From: Octopus bimaculoides
Taxonomy: Eukaryota
Assembly (NCBI RefSeq): GCF_001194135.2
Contig: NC_068993.1
Coordinates: 62,011,928-62,075,831 of the forward strand
DNA: 63,904 bases
Direction of reading: 5' to 3'
Shown: positions 59,001 through 63,904 of the stretch, in pieces
How the letters are laid out: each line of letters begins with the position of its first letter
How positions within the stretch are numbered: position 1 is the stretch's first letter
The notes under the pieces: model-generated
Told to the model about the DNA's origin: nothing
Database searches by the model: none
What the model saw: the letters and a program-made list of their open reading frames with translations, nothing else
Program-made: the position numbers and the translations under genes

Positions 59001-60984
59001 TATGTTCAAAACTTAAACCACTGAAGTTGATTTTATCTTTCTGGGTTTCATAAAATAAGTACCGGTCAAGTACTGATGGGTCAATATAATTGATTGTTCC
59101 TTCTCTCTGAAATTTTTGGTATTACAACCCTATGTAAGAAAATATAAACAGGACAAAAGTAAGTAAATTCACCATGCGTAGATACACTGAACCAGTCATT
59201 GGCTACAGCTGGATCCCTATGAACCAACTCCCTAAAGTAAGCAAAGTGGTTTTATATAATTTCTCTTACACTTATTAATGTCTTTCTTTCCTTTTTCCTT
59301 TTTCTCCGACTCTTGGACTTACACATCAAAGGCAACTGTTTTGATATTTCTACTAACTTTGTTTTCCTTTAACCCTTCAACCTTCAAATTATTCTGTCAA
59401 ATGTTATTCTTATACATTCACATTGTTTTGAATTAATCATGCATTGTTTTGTACCTTCAAGATTTCAATGGTGTGTTCGTACATTTTGAGATCGGCATTG
59501 TAGGGGAGGTGTGAGAGGTCGGGTTTGGTTAGTTTTAACATAAAACAGGTAGAATGTTTGAGCCAGATATGGCCGGATTAAATGCAAAAGGTTTTAGGCA
59601 CCAACCAGTCTTTTAATTGTAAGTTTAATTGTTCATGTATAAAATATAGAGATTTATGCAGGTATGATCATCATTATCATCATCATCGTTTAACGTCCGT
59701 TTTCCATGCTGGCATGGGTTGGACGGTTTGACTGATGTCTGGAAAGCCAGCAAGCGTCCATGATGGTGCCATGTAAAAAGCACCCAGTACATTCTGTAAA
59801 GTGGTTGATGCTAGGAAGGACATTATGCTGCAGAGACAATGCCAAAACATACAATCGGAGCCTTGTACAGCAGCTTGCCAGTCCCTATGAAATCTTCAAC
59901 CCATGCCAGCATAGAAAACGGATGTTAAATGATGAGGATGACAACAATGTATGTATATAAAATATTGAGTGTATTGTTTTGGCAGGAGTGCCTTTGTGGT
60001 ACTTCATTTTTATAATGGGTTATTGAAATTCAAGTAAAATTTCATAATTAATTAAAAGTCAACCCTGAAATGTGCATCTCTGTTACAATAATAAAAATAA
60101 TGTGTTTGGAATAATAATAAATTCTTGCATAATTATCATGGTTCTTATTCAACAAATTGCCTGACAACTGACTATTTAATTTTTTTGGAGCAATGCCAAG
60201 TATATTGGTGTATGTGTGTGTGTGTAGATATATGTCTCTGGGTGTATGTGTATATATGTATTTTACCAACAGAAAGTAAATTTTGAAAGCTGTAAAGCTG
60301 TAAAAACAACAGAGAAAGATTTGGTATTTGTCCTTATAAGATGGGCAAATGTTGCCATACCTACTGGCAACTTTTTTCCATCTTCTAAGGGTAAATACCC
60401 AATATTTCCCTGATGTTCTTACAACGTTACTAGTTTTGAAATTTACTCTCTTGTCTGTAAAATATCAATCGCAGTCGACGCTTCCAAAGTTTGCTTATAA
60501 AATGTTGTCATATATATCTATGTTTGAGTGTATATATATTTATGTATAGATACTTGTGTTTGTGTGTATTTATATATGTATGTGTGTGTTTATAGAGAAA
60601 TATTTGTGTATGTGTAACATCCATCCATCCATTCATTCATTCATCCATCCATCCATTCTCTCATCCATCCATCCATCTTCCACCTTGCCCATCATCCCTC
60701 TACCTTCTTATCTATTCTCCTTCCTGAGCCATTTCTGTCTCTCTCACCCGACCACTCTCTATACTGATATTTCCCATCAACCACACCTCTGCCCTTCTTA
60801 ATCACCCTCTGTGTTCACCTCTACCCCCCGTCTCTAGCCATTTGTTGCTCTTCTCTCTCCCTCCTCTCCTCTTTCCTTATTCTCTCTTACATTCACCTTC
60901 TTGTATCTTGAGGCTTTGCTCTCGCACTTCATCACGACCATCTTCTTTCCATCTACTCTCACCTACCTTTATATAATCTGGGGT

Positions 60985-61320
60985 GGTCCTGTATCATTAG
61001 TCCATCTATTGTTGTCAATGACCAAGGACATCACATGGGAGAAGATGACGGGGCATAGTGTGGCTGACTGTGTAGCCAATCATCAGCCCAAAAGGCTCTG
61101 CCACAGATGGGGCACTGGTAGTCTGTTAGGACTGAAGGCAAAGTATTGGCACTGGACTTGCGTAATTCATGTCTTCTTTGTGCCCCTGCAATTCTGTTCT
61201 GTTCAAAGGAGGTGGCACCTCTGTTGGTGCTGTTTCATTAGGCAAGGTGGTCTTGTGCTTGCATATCCCAGGTATCAGGGTTCATCTTGAAGCTTTTCAG
61301 TGAGGGTTTCAGTATGACCT
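60985..61320 (-). mobile_element. RTE LINE C-terminal fragment with C2H2-like knuckle
   Basis: LKSFKMNPDTWDMQAQD...GATSFEQNRIAGAQRRHELRKSSANTLP...YQCPICGRAF. Confidence 0.8.
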
Positions 61321-63057
61321 TGAACTGTTTTTTTCTATCCACCTTGTGTGTGGTTGCTTTTCGCCAGTTTGCTCTAAAAAAAAATCTCTTGTGGTGTCAT
61401 GTGTCAGGCATGTATCACACCTGAAAAGACACCTGTGTTTGTCTCTGTCATATTTCCTCTATCTCGTGCACACACACACCTCTCAATCCGTGTTGCAAAG
61501 CCACCTTCCCCTCTCTCAGACGCCCCACTTCTCAACTGGGAAGATCCTTTCTTCTCTTCTCTTACAAGTTATTTGGTGACCTCTCTAGTACTGGTGATAT
61601 GAAAAAAGAAAAAAAGCCCCCCAAAACACTCAGGACTCGCCATAAAGTGATGAAGGACATCCAGCCAAAGAAACCATTCCAAAGTAGACACTGGAGCTCA
61701 ATGCAGACAGACCTGTGGTTTGCTGTATCCTGTCAAACTGACCAACCCATGCTAGCATTGAAAACAGGTGTTAAATGATGATGACGACGATGGTGGTGGT
61801 AAACGCGGAAACAACTGGAAATGTTATCTCTGCAGCTGTGCTACCACCAGATTAGTTCAAGCATAAAACACCACTGCTTTTGTTAATGTTGTTCCCCTTG
61901 CTATTTATGTCATTTCTCCTGTTTTTATCAGTAATAGTATTGTTGTTGTCGTTATTGTTTTTTTCCATTGACATCAGCGTTGTTAATGTTGTTAACAAGC
62001 ATATTTGTTTTTTTTTAGATATGTTTCTTGTTAAATAGACTTGTCCCTTCTTGAGATAACCATACTCAAACCGACAATGTATGACACAGGGGTGGTGCAC
62101 ATGGAACATTTGAAGTGGGCCCACTGTGTCTAGACTAGGGAATATGTGATGATTCAGTGCCTACAGGACCTGTGTTGTTTGTTTGGCACAGTGCTGCCAT
62201 CTAATGTTATGTGGATAAGTGTTGAGAACATGCAAATGTGGCTGTGTGGTAAGAAGTTAACTTTCAGACTACATGGTTCTTGGTTCAGTTCCACTGCATA
62301 ACACCTTGGGCAAGTGTCTTCGACAATAGCTCCAGGCTAACCAAAGCCTTGTGAGTGGATTTGGTCAACAGAAACTGAAAGAAGCTTGTCATTTGGTGAT
62401 AAGCTCTGCTGTCGGTGCCATGTAAAAAGCACCCAGTGCACTCAGTAATGTGGTTGGCATTAGGAAGGGCAGCCAGCTGTAGAAACCACACCAGAACAGA
62501 TAATAGAGCCTGGTGTGGCCCCTGGCCTTGCTAGCACCTGTCAAATCATCCAACCTGTCAGTGTAGACAATGCATGTTAAATGATGATGATGATGGTGCA
62601 TGTGTGTTTGCGTCTCCCTGACTTTGCACTGCATGGTAGTCGTAAATGAGCCTCACCATCATGCAGGCAGTGTCCTTTCTTTCTGATCTTCTGTAAAAAC
62701 ATGTCTGGTTGCGGGGAAATATCACCTTACTTGGAAACAGGTAAGGGTTGATGACAGGAAGGGTCATCCCCTCTTAATTTTTTTTTTCTGCACAATGTAT
62801 GTAGGATTGAAGAAGATTTGGTTGCTATTTCAAGTGACCTCTTATTGATTCTCTCGTAGTTTTCTACTTATGCTGTTGTTAATGTTGTTGTTTTTCTTTG
62901 TTCTAAGTCTGAATTAGTTTGGTTTATGGCAGTGTGATTTGTGAAACAAGAGGAAAGAAAGACGAAACCTTGTTAGATTTCAAACACGTCAAACAGATCA
63001 ACTTTCTTTTCACTAACGTTTCATTAATTTTCTTTTTTTTCCTTCTTGAATTGCAGT

Positions 63058-63730
63058 ATGCCACCACCACCACCATCACCATCAACACCACCATTGCCAC
63101 TACTATCACCATCACCACAGCCACCACCGCCACTCTTACCACCACCACCACCACCACCATTGCCACCACCACCACCACCATCATTGCCACCACNNNNNNN
63201 NNNNNNNNNNNNNNNNNNNNNNNNNNNNNNNNNNNNNNNNNNNNNNNNNNNNNNNNNNNNNNNNNNNNNNNNNACCACCATTGCCACTACTATCACCATC
63301 ACCACAGCCACCACCGCCACTCTTACCACCACCACCACCACCACCATTGCCACCACCACCACCACCATCATTGCCACCACCACTATCACCACCACCACAA
63401 CTATTACATCATAATCACCAGCACTACAGTTAACATGCTCATTACCAAGGCAACTTCAAACATCACCCTTGACACCGCACCTTCACCATAACCACCAATA
63501 CCATCTCCAGCAGAATCATTTCCACCACCACCACCACTCCTACTACCACCACTTCCACTCCTACTACCACCACTTCCACCAACAACAGCAACAACGCCCA
63601 CTCCATCCACACCACCACCAACAACAACAACAGCCCCAACCCCATCACCACCATCTCCACCACCACTATCACCTTAACTAAAATAGCAACAAGCATGACC
63701 ACCACTCCCCCCTCCACCACAGTAATTGCC
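63058..63730 (+). repeat. (CCA/CAC)n trinucleotide low-complexity tract spanning an assembly gap
   Basis: Explains the long poly-T/H/P/V/G ORFs in the track. Confidence 0.9.
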
Positions 63731-63904
63731 TCTACAAACACACACCTTCCCCACCTCCGCCAGTAATGAAGTGGTCAGTGATAACACTATGTATAAGTGA
63801 ACAGGATATCTAGGTTCACATCCTGGTTATACTTTTAAACCCTATCCCCTTTCTGTCAATCTTACTTCTTTCTCCTCATGCTCATTCCCTCTATTTTACA
63901 CTCT

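Noticed and set aside
63087-63380. Identical 107-bp direct repeat on both sides of the gap
   Set aside because: Most likely overlapping contig ends, i.e. an assembly artefact.

Overview
AT-rich, microsatellite- and SINE-dense eukaryotic genomic DNA. The repeat families look like an octopus (coleoid cephalopod) genome; that taxon call is an inference. There are three N-gaps (24837-25226, 57220-57319, 63194-63273). Two spliced genes could be rebuilt exon by exon with consistent splice phases. RBX1 (RING-box 1, 118 aa, 6 coding exons, minus strand, 9583-18570) includes a 28-nt micro-exon. Divergent from it is ILVBL/HACL2 (ThDP-dependent 2-hydroxyacyl-CoA lyase 2, 625 aa, 16 coding exons, plus strand, 22371-41920), which has one GC-AG intron and two intact, ~90% identical copies of the first coding exon (signal anchor). 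A third, unidentified gene probably starts at a promoter-like segment near 46450-46610 and has a Ser/Thr-rich exon at 49493-49802. The rest is transposon relics: HERO-like RLE, CR1, RTE, mariner, hAT/piggyBac/Tigger MITEs and tRNA-derived SINEs. The most unusual signal is a set of minimal type-I hammerhead ribozyme (HHR) motifs in at least three repeat families. One sits at the end of a Penelope-like GIY-YIG ORF, whose stop codon lies inside the ribozyme core. One sits in the tail of a tRNA-headed SINE. Several copies show Penelope-style inverted 5' junctions. This suggests a Penelope-mobilised, ribozyme-carrying SINE/retrozyme system.
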